Shown: positions 30,255-40,206, counted from the first letter of the stretch. The stretch: 64,000 bases of DNA from Candidatus Bathyarchaeia archaeon (GCA_050010755.1 JBEKKK010000001.1:480001-544000), one strand, 5' to 3'. Notes: a model not told the origin generated them from the sequence alone. Translations and numbers: made by a program.

Positions 30255-31478
30255 ATGAGCGGTAGAACATCGGTTCCATCGAGGAGCACAATTACACTCA
30301 GCAACGTGAACGGAGACCTAGAGGTCGGACGGCATGCGACCGTGAAGGGATCTTCGTCACCGCCCAAGGTAACGGTTTCAGGCACCGTTCACTGCGAAGG
30401 AGACGATACTTTCGAATGCAGCCTTTCTGCAGAAAGTCTTGAAGCCGAAGACAGTGTAATCGTTCACGGAGACCTCGACATAAGGGACAAGGTTGAAGTT
30501 GAAGACGGCAGCTTGGAAATCAAAGGAAACATGACCGCAACGAAAGCTGACGTTGACAACAGGCTGTGCGTAAATAAGAATCTCACTGTTAAGGAAGTTG
30601 AGGTAGGAGGAAGCTTGAGGGTTGACGGAAACGTGAAGGCTGAGGACGCAGATGTCGGGGGAACGTTTGAAGCCCAAGGCGAAACTGTTGCCGACCGCAT
30701 CGAAGTAGGAGGCAGCCTCAGGATACAGTCCAAAAGTGACATCAACAGCCTAGAAGTAGGCGGCACCGCAAGAGTCGCGGGAGGAAAAATCCGCGAAATA
30801 GACGTGGGAGGAACTTTCGAGTCAATGAGCTCTCTGGAATTTCAAAAAATAGACGTAGGTGGCACGGTGAGACTTGCAGGAAAAAGCAAAGGAGGCGTTA
30901 TAGAAGTCGGAGGTTCCTTCAGAGCCGAAGGCGACTTGGAATTTGAAGAAATCGAAGTAGGCGGCACGGTCGATATAGCAGGTTTGACTCAAGGTCGCCA
31001 CATGGAAGTCGGCGGCAAGATTGACATCCAAGGCTCCCTAAAACTCTCGGAAAGGCTAGAGGTCGGAGGAACAGCAAATGTGAGCGACGAAATCGCAGCG
31101 AGCAACATAGAGATCGGTGGAACAGTGCGCGCACGCAAAATTGCAGCCGAAGAACGCGTGGAAGTAGGCGGTTCAATCACAACCGACGAAGGTGTAACTG
31201 CACGCATCATTGAAATAGGAAAAAGAGGCGAAGTGCACGGGCCCATGAGAGCAGACAAGATCTTTATCGATAGGGATGCCCACGTAGAAAATGTCTACGG
31301 AAAGGAAATCCTCCTCCTGCGAGCTGGCGCAAGCGCGAATAACATCTACGGCCAGAAGATTACAATCGAATCCTACTGCAATGTGTCCGGCGAAGTGCAA
31401 TATACCGACGAATTGAGGATAGGAGAGAATGTGTCGCTTTCAAAGCAGCCACAAAAAGTGGACAAGCTTCCATTTTAG
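30255..31478 (+). CDS. Bactofilin-like / polymer-forming beta-helix repeat protein
   Basis: More than a dozen (I/V/L)(E/D)VGG repeats at 16-18-aa spacing; GGAGG SD before ATG at 30255. Confidence 0.8.
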   Translation: MSGRTSVPSRSTITLSNVNGDLEVGRHATVKGSSSPPKVTVSGTVHCEGDDTFECSLSAESLEAEDSVIVHGDLDIRDKVEVEDGSLEIKGNMTATKADVDNRLCVNKNLTVKEVEVGGSLRVDGNVKAEDADVGGTFEAQGETVADRIEVGGSLRIQSKSDINSLEVGGTARVAGGKIREIDVGGTFESMSSLEFQKIDVGGTVRLAGKSKGGVIEVGGSFRAEGDLEFEEIEVGGTVDIAGLTQGRHMEVGGKIDIQGSLKLSERLEVGGTANVSDEIAASNIEIGGTVRARKIAAEERVEVGGSITTDEGVTARIIEIGKRGEVHGPMRADKIFIDRDAHVENVYGKEILLLRAGASANNIYGQKITIESYCNVSGEVQYTDELRIGENVSLSKQPQKVDKLPF

Positions 31479-31489
31479 AGAATGAACCC

Positions 31490-32473
31490 TCAGGGTTCTT
31501 TGGGAACGGTTAGGTCGGCAATGTCCACGCTATGTTCGTAGATTTGTCTCAAGAATGATGCTGCCGAGAGAATTTCAGCAACGATGTCAAGTGACTGTGC
31601 CCTGGCAACCTCCTCGATTTTAGCAAACTCTTTCTCAACCTTATCTCGCATCCCCCGTACCTTCTCAGCCAAATCTATAGCGCCTGTCAAGAAAGCCGTC
31701 AGGGCGCCTTCCTGAGCTTCAAAGCAAATCGAATGAAGAGCCAAGAACTGTTTTCTCAGGGCCTCGTCCAATTTTTCACCATCTAATTCAACCGTCTTCA
31801 TGGAAATGCGCACGCACTCGTCGCCAATGGCTTCCACGAGACTTGCGGCCAACCGATAATCCAAACATTCAATCGGCCCAACCCCCAGCTTTTCACTCAG
31901 ACCCGGGTTCTGAATTATCGTGCGAAGAATACGAACAAGCAGGAAATAGAGCCTATTTCCTTCATCGTCCCGTGCCATCACACTCTTCGCCAACGCAACA
32001 TCACCATCACCGAAGGCCTTGGCAACGTCCCGATGCATACTTGCAGCGATTGTGTAACCGCGACGCAGAATCTTTTCAGGCGGAAAACCCGATGGTTCCA
32101 ACAAACACTGCAGAACAATGCTGGCATAATCCTCCTCAACTATCTCCAGCCCGACTAGATGACTAACAGTGTTTTTGACGATATCTCGCATCTCAACGCT
32201 AATGCGATCCTTTCCTTCAACGCGGATGGCATCAAAACCAAGCAGGTAAGTTCCAATGATTTCACGACCCAAGTAAGGCCCAGGTTTCAACGTGGCAACA
32301 CGCGGCGAAGGCTCAACACCGTGTCTTGCGTCTATGAGCATTTTCCCCTCACTCGTTTCGCTCAGAGCGAGTATCGAACCTTTCCTTAAGCCGTACTGTT
32401 CAGCCCAAGGTTTCGGCAGGCACACAAAAAAGGTACCGCCCGGAGTGCGTTGCACCTTGCGCAGTTCACTCAT
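31490..32473 (-). CDS. phoU: AbrB-PhoU phosphate uptake regulator
   Basis: ELRKVQRTPGGTFFVCLPKPW AbrB domain plus two PhoU bundles; GGTGA SD before ATG 32473. Confidence 0.88.
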   Translation of the reverse strand: MSELRKVQRTPGGTFFVCLPKPWAEQYGLRKGSILALSETSEGKMLIDARHGVEPSPRVATLKPGPYLGREIIGTYLLGFDAIRVEGKDRISVEMRDIVKNTVSHLVGLEIVEEDYASIVLQCLLEPSGFPPEKILRRGYTIAASMHRDVAKAFGDGDVALAKSVMARDDEGNRLYFLLVRILRTIIQNPGLSEKLGVGPIECLDYRLAASLVEAIGDECVRISMKTVELDGEKLDEALRKQFLALHSICFEAQEGALTAFLTGAIDLAEKVRGMRDKVEKEFAKIEEVARAQSLDIVAEILSAASFLRQIYEHSVDIADLTVPKEP

Positions 32474-32875
32474 CACATCACCAAGCATGTGACTATTGAT
32501 AACGTCATACAACAAGAAACATCCCGTATAGATTAGCATATTGTTGTTAGAACCAATAGGTCGAAATATGATCAGCATATGTGCCGCTGAGAAACCAAGG
32601 ACTAGAATCGGTCTAAGAAAACGAAGAGGCCAGCCATGCATTCAACGCTACGTACCATTGAGGCACCAAGCAAAGGTTTGTCAAGCGCTGCTGTGGACTA
32701 AACACGTTAATAGAGGAAGAAGGATACAGAACAATAGAAGGGAGTTCCGCCTCGGCTAGAGTATGCTATCTCAATTGAGAGAGACTTCGGAATAGTTGAG
32801 GGGGGATGTATTCCACGTCCGAACCAAGAAGAGGCTATCGGGAAAAGGGAGAAGCCTTCACAGTCGCCATGAAGG

Positions 32876-34459
32876 ATGAATGGAGAACTCGTGATGAGTG
32901 ATGGAGAAAAACTGCAAAAAGCCGTAGAATTGACCCTTGCGGCAGGGTATCAGCTGGATAAGGGAGCTTTCGAGTTCTTGAACATAATAATGGCGACGGA
33001 AGACCCAGCGGAAGTCATGAGCAAGGCAATCAAACGGCTAGAAGAGCTCGGGCAGAGACCGTTCTTCATTGAAAGGAACTTCTTGGAACGAACTGTAGAA
33101 TTGGAGAAACCGGCAGAAGAAATTGTGAGCGAACCCCTTGAAGACCGGTCAATCCCACTGATAGAACCGCAAACGCCGCAGATTACAGAGAACAAGACGC
33201 CCTTCCACCCTTACGCAAAAGACGTTGAGGCAAGCATCGCCATAATCGACGATCCGAGCACCAAGCTCAGCTCGAGCGGAACTATCGAAGATTACCTGGA
33301 GTATTTTCAAGACCGATTCAAACAGACAGAGAGACTGCTCAGGCAAAGAATGGATGTGAAGAGCGCAGCGTCAGTTATGGACGCCTTGCGGTCCCAATCG
33401 GGGACGAGGCTCAAGATAATTGGTATGATAACCGAGAAGAGAGAGTCGAAACAGAAGACGATACTCACGGTCGAGGATTTGACAGCGAACATGACCGTGC
33501 TTGTGCCCCAGGGTGCATCGTCTGATCTTCAGAAGAAGGCGCGGTTCCTCATGCTCGATCAGGTTGTCTGTCTGGGCGTTGTGAAGACGAGAAGCAATCT
33601 GCTGATCGCAGAAGACATTGTCCTGCCAGACGTGCCTCAAAAGGCACCTCGCAAAGCTCCAGTTCCAGTCTATGCGGTACTCACCTCAGACATGCATGTC
33701 GGTAGCACCAAATTCACGCGAGAAGCCTTCGACCGCTTCATATTGTGGCTGAACGGCAAGTACGGCGATGATAAGTCACGGGAAATTGCAAGTCACGTCA
33801 AGTATGTCCTTGTGGCAGGCGACATAGTCGACGGCGTGGGAGTGTACCCTAACCAAGTGAGGGAACTAGCCATCAAAGACGTACACAAACAGTATAGACT
33901 CGCCGCAAAGTACCTCGAACAAATCCCAGATTACATAGAAGTTATAGTAACACCCGGAAACCACGATGCTCCCAGAAAAGCCCTGCCCCAGCCAGCTATA
34001 GCAGACACTTTCCTCGAAACTCTGCAGGACTCAAGAAAAGTCCGTTCGCTAGGCAGCCCATGCACTCTCAGCTTGCACGGTGTAGAGATACTGGTTTTCC
34101 ATGGACGAAGCTTGGACGATGTGATTTCAACAGTGCCAGACATGAGTCACAGTCACCCCGAAAAAGCGATGAGACTCTTGATGCAGAGCCGGCATTTGGC
34201 ACCTGTATATGGCGGAAAAACACCACTGTCCCCCGAGAACAGAGATCCGCTAGTCATTCAGCGAGTCCCAGACATTTTCCACGCCGGACACGTGCATGCG
34301 TTAGAATACGCTAACTACCGCGGGGTCTTAATCGTGAATTCGGGATGCTGGCAAGAACAAACGGACTACATGCGAAGAAACGGTTTCATGCCAACACCCG
34401 CCAAAGTCCCCGTTGTAAACCTTCAATCCACTGAAGTCACAGTCATTCCGTTCGCATGA
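32876..34459 (+). CDS. polB: DNA polymerase D small subunit DP1 (proofreading exonuclease)
   Basis: OB fold, SDMHVGS, AGDIVDG, PGNHD, FHGRS, HLAP, GHVH, NSGCWQ. Confidence 0.97.
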   Translation: MNGELVMSDGEKLQKAVELTLAAGYQLDKGAFEFLNIIMATEDPAEVMSKAIKRLEELGQRPFFIERNFLERTVELEKPAEEIVSEPLEDRSIPLIEPQTPQITENKTPFHPYAKDVEASIAIIDDPSTKLSSSGTIEDYLEYFQDRFKQTERLLRQRMDVKSAASVMDALRSQSGTRLKIIGMITEKRESKQKTILTVEDLTANMTVLVPQGASSDLQKKARFLMLDQVVCLGVVKTRSNLLIAEDIVLPDVPQKAPRKAPVPVYAVLTSDMHVGSTKFTREAFDRFILWLNGKYGDDKSREIASHVKYVLVAGDIVDGVGVYPNQVRELAIKDVHKQYRLAAKYLEQIPDYIEVIVTPGNHDAPRKALPQPAIADTFLETLQDSRKVRSLGSPCTLSLHGVEILVFHGRSLDDVISTVPDMSHSHPEKAMRLLMQSRHLAPVYGGKTPLSPENRDPLVIQRVPDIFHAGHVHALEYANYRGVLIVNSGCWQEQTDYMRRNGFMPTPAKVPVVNLQSTEVTVIPFA

Positions 34460-34586
34460 CAAGCCAGACTCTTTGGCTCTCGCCTTGCCTGACGCATAGC
34501 AAGAGACTGCGTACGAAGAAGAAGCCTGCGTTCTAGGCGAAAGATTTTAGTCCTCAGCCATTCCAGAAGAAACCAGAGGTGACACA

Positions 34587-34775
34587 ATGCCAGTAGTAAT
34601 CGTGGAGATGTGGCAAGGAAGAAACGAGGAACAGAAGGCAAAGCTAATCAAAGGCGTCACAAAGGCTTTTGAGGACATCGGTGTCCCAGCCGATCGGCTG
34701 CACATAATAATCCACGACGTGCCAAAATGCAACTGGGGCACATGCGGAGAGCCAGCATCCAAGACAAACCCATAA
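34587..34775 (+). CDS. 4-oxalocrotonate tautomerase family protein
   Basis: N-terminal catalytic Pro (MPVV), GRNEEQK, NWG..G. Confidence 0.93.
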   Translation: MPVVIVEMWQGRNEEQKAKLIKGVTKAFEDIGVPADRLHIIIHDVPKCNWGTCGEPASKTNP

Positions 34776-34869
34776 ACATAGGCCAATATCCTCAGCTTTC
34801 CAGACATGAACACCCCCGTTTGCAACACGAATCGCGAAATATGTTTCCATTTCAGTTCGGTTTCGTGCT

Positions 34870-36111
34870 TCAGTTGGAGTGTTTCATGAGGCATCTGGGG
34901 CTATAATCGGTTAGACGACCGAGCCTGGTGTCGCCAGCGAACACGTCCTTGATGACGCTGCGTTGGATCTCCAAACGTATCTTTTTTGTGCGGCCATACC
35001 TTCCCATGCTTACAACCTTCGCATTGACCAATCCCATGGCATCAAGCTCGTTCACCAACGTACTCAAACGACGTTGAGTCAGAGGCGTTACACCCAGCTC
35101 AGCACAGAGTTCATCATATATTTCAGAAATCTCACCAGTAATCGCGCCCTTAGCGTTTATCCTAGTTAAGTGGTAAACGCTCAAAACGACCAGCTTAGAA
35201 TGCAGAGTAAGATTCTGAAGACCCTCGAAAACACGGTTATGTTCAATATGTTTCTCAGCGTCACGCACATGCTCCTCAACAACGATTCCCGCCCCCTTCC
35301 GTTCCGCAACTTCGCCAGCCACACGCAGGAGATCCAAGGCGCGCCTCGCATCTCCGTGTTCAGCAGCGGCCAACGCCGCGCAGAGACCCAGAGCAGCCTC
35401 AGACAGCGCGTTGTCGCAGAAAGCAGCCTTCGAACGTTCCGAAAGGATATTCCTCAGTTCGCTCGCGTCGTAAGGCCTGAAGACAATCTCCTCTTCACTC
35501 AGCGAGCTGAGAACACGTGGGTCGAGAAACTCCTTGAACCTAAGATCGTTCGAGATGCCAATGATGGTTACCTTGCTCTTGCTCAAGGTCTCATTTATTC
35601 TCGTCAGCTCATAGAGAAGGCGATCGCCGCGTGATTTCACGAGAGCATCGGCCTCATCTAGCACGATGATGAAGATTACCCTTGAAACGTCGAGCCCAGC
35701 CCTCAGTCTGTCAAAGACTTCCCCTACAGACAACCCCGTGAAAGGAATAGACACGCCCATGCTTTGACACAGACTGGCGAAGACGCGGTACTCGGACCCA
35801 GCCATGCGACAATTGACGTAGCAGAACTTTACAGGAGCGTTGAACTCCTTAGCCCTGAACTCAAGGTGACTTAGCACATACCTCGTCACGGCTGTCTTCC
35901 CCGTGCCGGTTTTTCCGTAAATAAAGAGGTTTGAACTCCTGGCACCTTTGAGCACGGGAGCTACAGTTTCGCCAAGTCGTTTGATCTGTTCGCCCCTGTG
36001 TGGTAGCCTGTCAGGAATATAGTCGTGGCGCAGCACTTCACGATCCTTGAAAATCCGTACGTTACTTACAAACCTCTCAAAAACATCGTCTAGTGCATCA
36101 ATATCACTCAT
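34870..36111 (-). CDS. cdc6: Orc1/Cdc6 replication initiator
   Basis: YIPDRLPHR, GKTGTGKT, VLDEAD, HGDARRALDLLR, GRYGRT wing. Confidence 0.97.
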   Translation of the reverse strand: MSDIDALDDVFERFVSNVRIFKDREVLRHDYIPDRLPHRGEQIKRLGETVAPVLKGARSSNLFIYGKTGTGKTAVTRYVLSHLEFRAKEFNAPVKFCYVNCRMAGSEYRVFASLCQSMGVSIPFTGLSVGEVFDRLRAGLDVSRVIFIIVLDEADALVKSRGDRLLYELTRINETLSKSKVTIIGISNDLRFKEFLDPRVLSSLSEEEIVFRPYDASELRNILSERSKAAFCDNALSEAALGLCAALAAAEHGDARRALDLLRVAGEVAERKGAGIVVEEHVRDAEKHIEHNRVFEGLQNLTLHSKLVVLSVYHLTRINAKGAITGEISEIYDELCAELGVTPLTQRRLSTLVNELDAMGLVNAKVVSMGRYGRTKKIRLEIQRSVIKDVFAGDTRLGRLTDYSPRCLMKHSN

Positions 36112-36900
36112 TTCAACCCCCCCTCGAAATTCAAAGGCAATACCCCCCTTTCCTGTGCAGAGGGATAAGCTATGCCGTACAGAAAACTAAATGGACAACA
36201 CCATAATCCTAAAAGAAGAGTAGGCTCACCATGACGTTACCCGTTTCAAACATACACAGGCCCCATGATTTCCGCTGGAACTCTGTATTAATTCACAAAA
36301 TAATGCTGATTCCTTCTTCTGTAAGGAATATACTCTGAACGGTAACTACCTCTGAACTATTATAATGATCACTGTTAAAGATTTTAGATACACAACTAGA
36401 AAAGTTGCTGAAACAAGCGCATGTAAAAAGCTAATACCTCATTCCAATGGAAACAAAGGGGTGCCTGTCACCTGAAACTCAATAAGATCGACCATTACTC
36501 CCCCTGAAGAACTAGTTTCGGTTTTAAAGATACGCTAAGGTCCTTCAGCAAAGACATGATCACGGTGACAACAGACATGCCTTTCCCATTACGCGCTTCA
36601 CTTTTTGTGAAGGTATTGTGAACTTGATTTGGCAATGTCTCTTTTCAAGCTTTATTGGCTAAGTTATTGATTCGTTTGTGGCCTTTTCTTGTGAATAAAC
36701 CACCCCACAGTTTCTACTGCAGAACGGCATCAAAGCCAAGCCCGGCCAGTTCTAGCACTTCCACCACTCAGTGAAGTGTGTAATTCAAAAAGAACTGCAA
36801 ATAATACCCTATTTCCTTTTTCCTCCCCTGCTACTGATTCTCATTATTGTGAGCTTCACCGTAACACCTATAACTTGTGAACTGTAAAGTTGTGAACACC
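36112..36900. other. Replication origin (oriC) with ORB elements and AT-rich unwinding region
   Basis: ORB ATTCCAATGGAAACAAAGGGG 36441-36461 (+); GTTCCAGCGGAAATCATGGGG 36261-36281 (-); ORB-like GTTCTGCAGTAGAAACTGTGGGG ~36703-36725 (-); directly upstream of cdc6. Confidence 0.9.
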
Positions 36901-36921
36901 ACCTAAAGGTACAGACTGCCC

Positions 36922-37350
36922 ATGCCGGCGAGAAAAGTACGCGTCGATTTATTCGATACCGAGGGCAACCGTTACTCGATAAGTTTCGAGGGACAAGTGA
37001 CAAGAGAGAAAGCTTTGCGCCTCTTGGATATGGTGGAACTGCTAGGTGGGATGCCCGGCGGCGGCAATCCAGGGACAGGGCCTATAACACCTGTGAGCCA
37101 GCTGTCGAAGTACGACAAGGTGCGGGGTCTCGTCCAGAGTAACTTTCCAGTTGTCTGGTTCTCCTCGCGGGAGGTTCAATCCGTGTATGAACAGGAGCTC
37201 AAAGAACCAATAAGTCTCAGCACAGTGGCCACATATCTTTCAAGAATGTCAGCCAAGGGCTTCGTTCAGAAAACGGGATCATCAAACAACCTGAGATACA
37301 AAGCGGTTCAAGGCGTTCCGCAAGCAACCCTAAAACAAAAAGTCGCCTGA
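36922..37350 (+). CDS. Winged-helix DNA-binding protein next to oriC
   Basis: FSSREVQSVYEQ..PISLSTVATYLSRM...GFV wHTH; small N-terminal beta domain. Confidence 0.85.
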   Translation: MPARKVRVDLFDTEGNRYSISFEGQVTREKALRLLDMVELLGGMPGGGNPGTGPITPVSQLSKYDKVRGLVQSNFPVVWFSSREVQSVYEQELKEPISLSTVATYLSRMSAKGFVQKTGSSNNLRYKAVQGVPQATLKQKVA

Positions 37351-37391
37351 CTCGCCGTATCCAAAGAAATTGCTTCATAACGCATTGCCAA

Positions 37392-38105
37392 TCATGTTGG
37401 TTGGGTTTCGGTTTTCTTCAAGAGGCTCTCCATCTCTTTCTTGACGCTGTACTTGAAAGGAATCTTTCCTGTTTCTCTCTCCAAATATCCTTCTTCGTAA
37501 AGTTTTTTCATCAGTCTGGCAGTGTGTTCGCGACTGAGTTTGACTCTCTCCTTGATTTCGGGCGCAGTCTTGGCCCCCTCCGAAACTAGCAGTTCAAGCA
37601 CCCCAACTTCAGTGTCGGTCAGCTGAGCCATTGCCTTATCTCTCTTCAGTGGTATTACGCCTTCAAAATGTGTTTCAGGGGCGATTTTAAGCTGATTAGC
37701 CTGTTCCTCCAAGGTTGCAATCTTGGATGTAATCGTTTCTCGCGACGCAACTAAATCAGATGTTCTTTTATCAAGCTCGACGAGGCGCGTAGAAACACTT
37801 TTTCTGTCCTCTGAATCTACAGCAACCTTACTTTCGAGGGCTCTCATCATTCCGTCAAGTCCTTCTGCCTTCCGCGTAGCCCCATCGGTCCTCGACGCCG
37901 CTGCCTCGACCCTGTATCCAAGAGCTTCGATCTTGCTGGCTTCATGTTTGAGTTGCCTGTTAAAGCTCAATACTATGTCCTCAACTGCCCCCCTCGCCTT
38001 CTCGTACTCTCTTTGCGCCTTTCGAAGCTGTCTATAGTACTCGACGGCCGCAACGACGGTGGTGCCCAGCAATACTCCTAGCAAGGCGAGCAGTGGATCT
38101 AGCAA
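37392..38105 (-). CDS. Membrane-anchored coiled-coil protein with C-terminal MarR-like wHTH
   Basis: TTG start after GGAGG; hydrophobic LLALLGVLLGTTVVAAV; long heptad region; LTDTEVGVL..TAPEIKERVKLSREHTARLMKKLYEEGYL. Confidence 0.85.
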   Translation of the reverse strand: MLDPLLALLGVLLGTTVVAAVEYYRQLRKAQREYEKARGAVEDIVLSFNRQLKHEASKIEALGYRVEAAASRTDGATRKAEGLDGMMRALESKVAVDSEDRKSVSTRLVELDKRTSDLVASRETITSKIATLEEQANQLKIAPETHFEGVIPLKRDKAMAQLTDTEVGVLELLVSEGAKTAPEIKERVKLSREHTARLMKKLYEEGYLERETGKIPFKYSVKKEMESLLKKTETQPT

Positions 38106-38118
38106 ATAGCAGGCCTCC

Positions 38119-38404
38119 GTGATTCCTGTGTGATTACTCGTGATGCATACATGTTGCGTCACACATCACAAGTTTGCCATTCAGAATTTAAATATTATGG
38201 TAATCAACATCAGGAGAGTCGATATGACGTCACACGTCACAGTTTAGATGGAAAGCGTCGGAGAATGTTACTCTCAGATATGGGTGGAAATAGAAGCCGA
38301 TTTTGAAGTCCTTTTCGGATTTGCGAGCTTCTGTTGTTCCTGAGCTTATCTATTTTTGCTTGCTCTGCAGAACCGCGTTTGGAAGTGTGACTTGTGACGT
38401 CACA
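38119..38404. repeat. GTCACA/TGTGAC motif cluster including perfect palindrome TGTGACGTCACA (38393-38404)
   Basis: GTCACA at 38158, 38229, 38236, 38399; TGTGAC at 38386, 38393; further GTGAT/ATCAC copies. Confidence 0.75.
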
Positions 38405-38879
38405 GAGGCGTTTCTGATGGACTTGAGAGCTGTTTTAGGCTTGTTTCGAGCTGTTCCCTTATCATTTCTATGACTTTTAGATGGTTGCCTAACTCGTCAC
38501 CCTTGTTCGGGATGTCCTTGTAAGCGTCGAGGTACTGGTGCAGTTTGTTCGCGATTTCGAGATAGGGGTCGAGTGTTGTGCTTTCGAAGACTCCTAAGTA
38601 CCCTAGTAGTAGCACCGTGTAGATGGACTTTATGACGTTTTCTTTGGCCTGTCGTAGAGTCCTGTTAAAGGCGCCGCGGCTTATTTTGGCCTTTGTTAGC
38701 CTCAAGCTGGCCTTTTCGTCGTATTTCAACGGTTTGCCCGCGAGATTTTCGGACAAGATGTCTATTAGCAGGGTTTCGAGCTGGGTTCTCGTTAAATGGC
38801 TGTTCTTGGCGATTATTTTGACAATGGGGTCGTTTATGGAACCCGTTAGCCAAGATTGTACGCTATCTTTTAGCTTCAA
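38400..38879 (-). CDS. Hypothetical protein with HTH-like segment
   Basis: SHLTRTQLETLLID..ISRGAFNRTLRQAKEN. Confidence 0.8.
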   Translation of the reverse strand: MKLKDSVQSWLTGSINDPIVKIIAKNSHLTRTQLETLLIDILSENLAGKPLKYDEKASLRLTKAKISRGAFNRTLRQAKENVIKSIYTVLLLGYLGVFESTTLDPYLEIANKLHQYLDAYKDIPNKGDELGNHLKVIEMIREQLETSLKQLSSPSETPL

Positions 38880-39005
38880 AGTCTTACCTCTGGAACCTTG
38901 CGCAATGGATACGCTTTTGTATACTGGGTGCGCATTTAAATGTGCCGCTTTAGGCGAGTCTAGGGGGTCTTCCGAAGATGCAAGATTTTTATGCGGGTCG
39001 GCACA

Positions 39006-40196
39006 ATGAACATTGAGGAATGCGGATTGGTTTCACATGCGGAGCCGGCAGAGCGCTTGAAATTGATAAAACCCTCTGGAATACGGCGCTTTTTCGCTTT
39101 GGCCCAAGAAATGCCTGAATGCTTCAATTTGAGCGTAGGCGAGCCCGATTTTAGTGTCCCTCCACACGCATTGGATGGAGGCTGGCAAGCCGTCAAAGAA
39201 GGCAGAACCCACTATGCACCGACGAATGGAATTCCTGAATTGCGGGATGCCCTGGCGCAAAAAGCATTCCGAGACTACGGACTCAATTATGACCCAAACT
39301 GTGAGGTACTTGTCACAGTGGGTGGGACGCAAGCCATTTTCCTAGCTCTGATGGGATTGTTGAACCCCGGCGACGAGGTCCTGATTTCAGATCCCGGGTT
39401 TGTCACATATGAGCCAGGGGTCTTGTTGGCCGGAGGAGTTCCAGTTCACGTCCCCCTGCGTGAAGACAACGATTTCAGGCCTTCCATGAACGATGTGACG
39501 TCACTCATCACGGACAAGTCACGTGTGATGATACTGAATTACCCAAATAATCCAACAGGCTCCGTTCTTTCCTATGATGAAGTCGCTGCGCTATCAAAAG
39601 TTGCTGTCGACTGTGACATGGTTGTGATATCTGATGAAGTATACGAAAAAATGGTCTACGACGGGGCTAACCACTACTGCCTCGCAACATTTCCTGGAAT
39701 GCGTGAACGCACCTTGGTTATCAACTCTTTTTCAAAGACCTACGCCATGACTGGGCTTCGAGTTGGATGCGTGTACGGTCCCAAAGACCTTGTTTCGCCC
39801 CTTTGGCTGGTGAACCAGTATACCGTCGCCTGCGTGGACACTTTTTCGCAGTACGTTGCCTTGGCCGCTTTGAAGGGTCCACAGGATTGCGTCGAAGAAA
39901 TGGTGAGGGAATTCGACAGAAGACGTCACCTTATACATACGAGACTCAATGAGATTGAAGGTTTCAAATGCCAACTTCCGAAAGGTGCTTTCTACGCTTT
40001 TCCAAACATCAGAGATTCAGGCCTCTCCTCGGAGCGGCTAGCAGATCTGCTTGCGAGAGAAGCTAGTGTTCTAACGGTTCCAGGCTCCGCTTTCGGTGCT
40101 TACGGTGAAGGCTATCTTAGGTTGTCTTACGCCTCTGCCTATGAAAACTTGGAAGAAGCATTGAATAGGATGGAAATGGCCCTCAGAAAGCGCTGA
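39006..40196 (+). CDS. Class I/II PLP-dependent aminotransferase (AspC-like)
   Basis: GEPDF, NYPNNPTG, ISDEVY, SFSKTYAMTGLRVG. Confidence 0.95.
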   Translation: MNIEECGLVSHAEPAERLKLIKPSGIRRFFALAQEMPECFNLSVGEPDFSVPPHALDGGWQAVKEGRTHYAPTNGIPELRDALAQKAFRDYGLNYDPNCEVLVTVGGTQAIFLALMGLLNPGDEVLISDPGFVTYEPGVLLAGGVPVHVPLREDNDFRPSMNDVTSLITDKSRVMILNYPNNPTGSVLSYDEVAALSKVAVDCDMVVISDEVYEKMVYDGANHYCLATFPGMRERTLVINSFSKTYAMTGLRVGCVYGPKDLVSPLWLVNQYTVACVDTFSQYVALAALKGPQDCVEEMVREFDRRRHLIHTRLNEIEGFKCQLPKGAFYAFPNIRDSGLSSERLADLLAREASVLTVPGSAFGAYGEGYLRLSYASAYENLEEALNRMEMALRKR

Positions 40197-40206
40197 TAAG
40201 ATTCTG

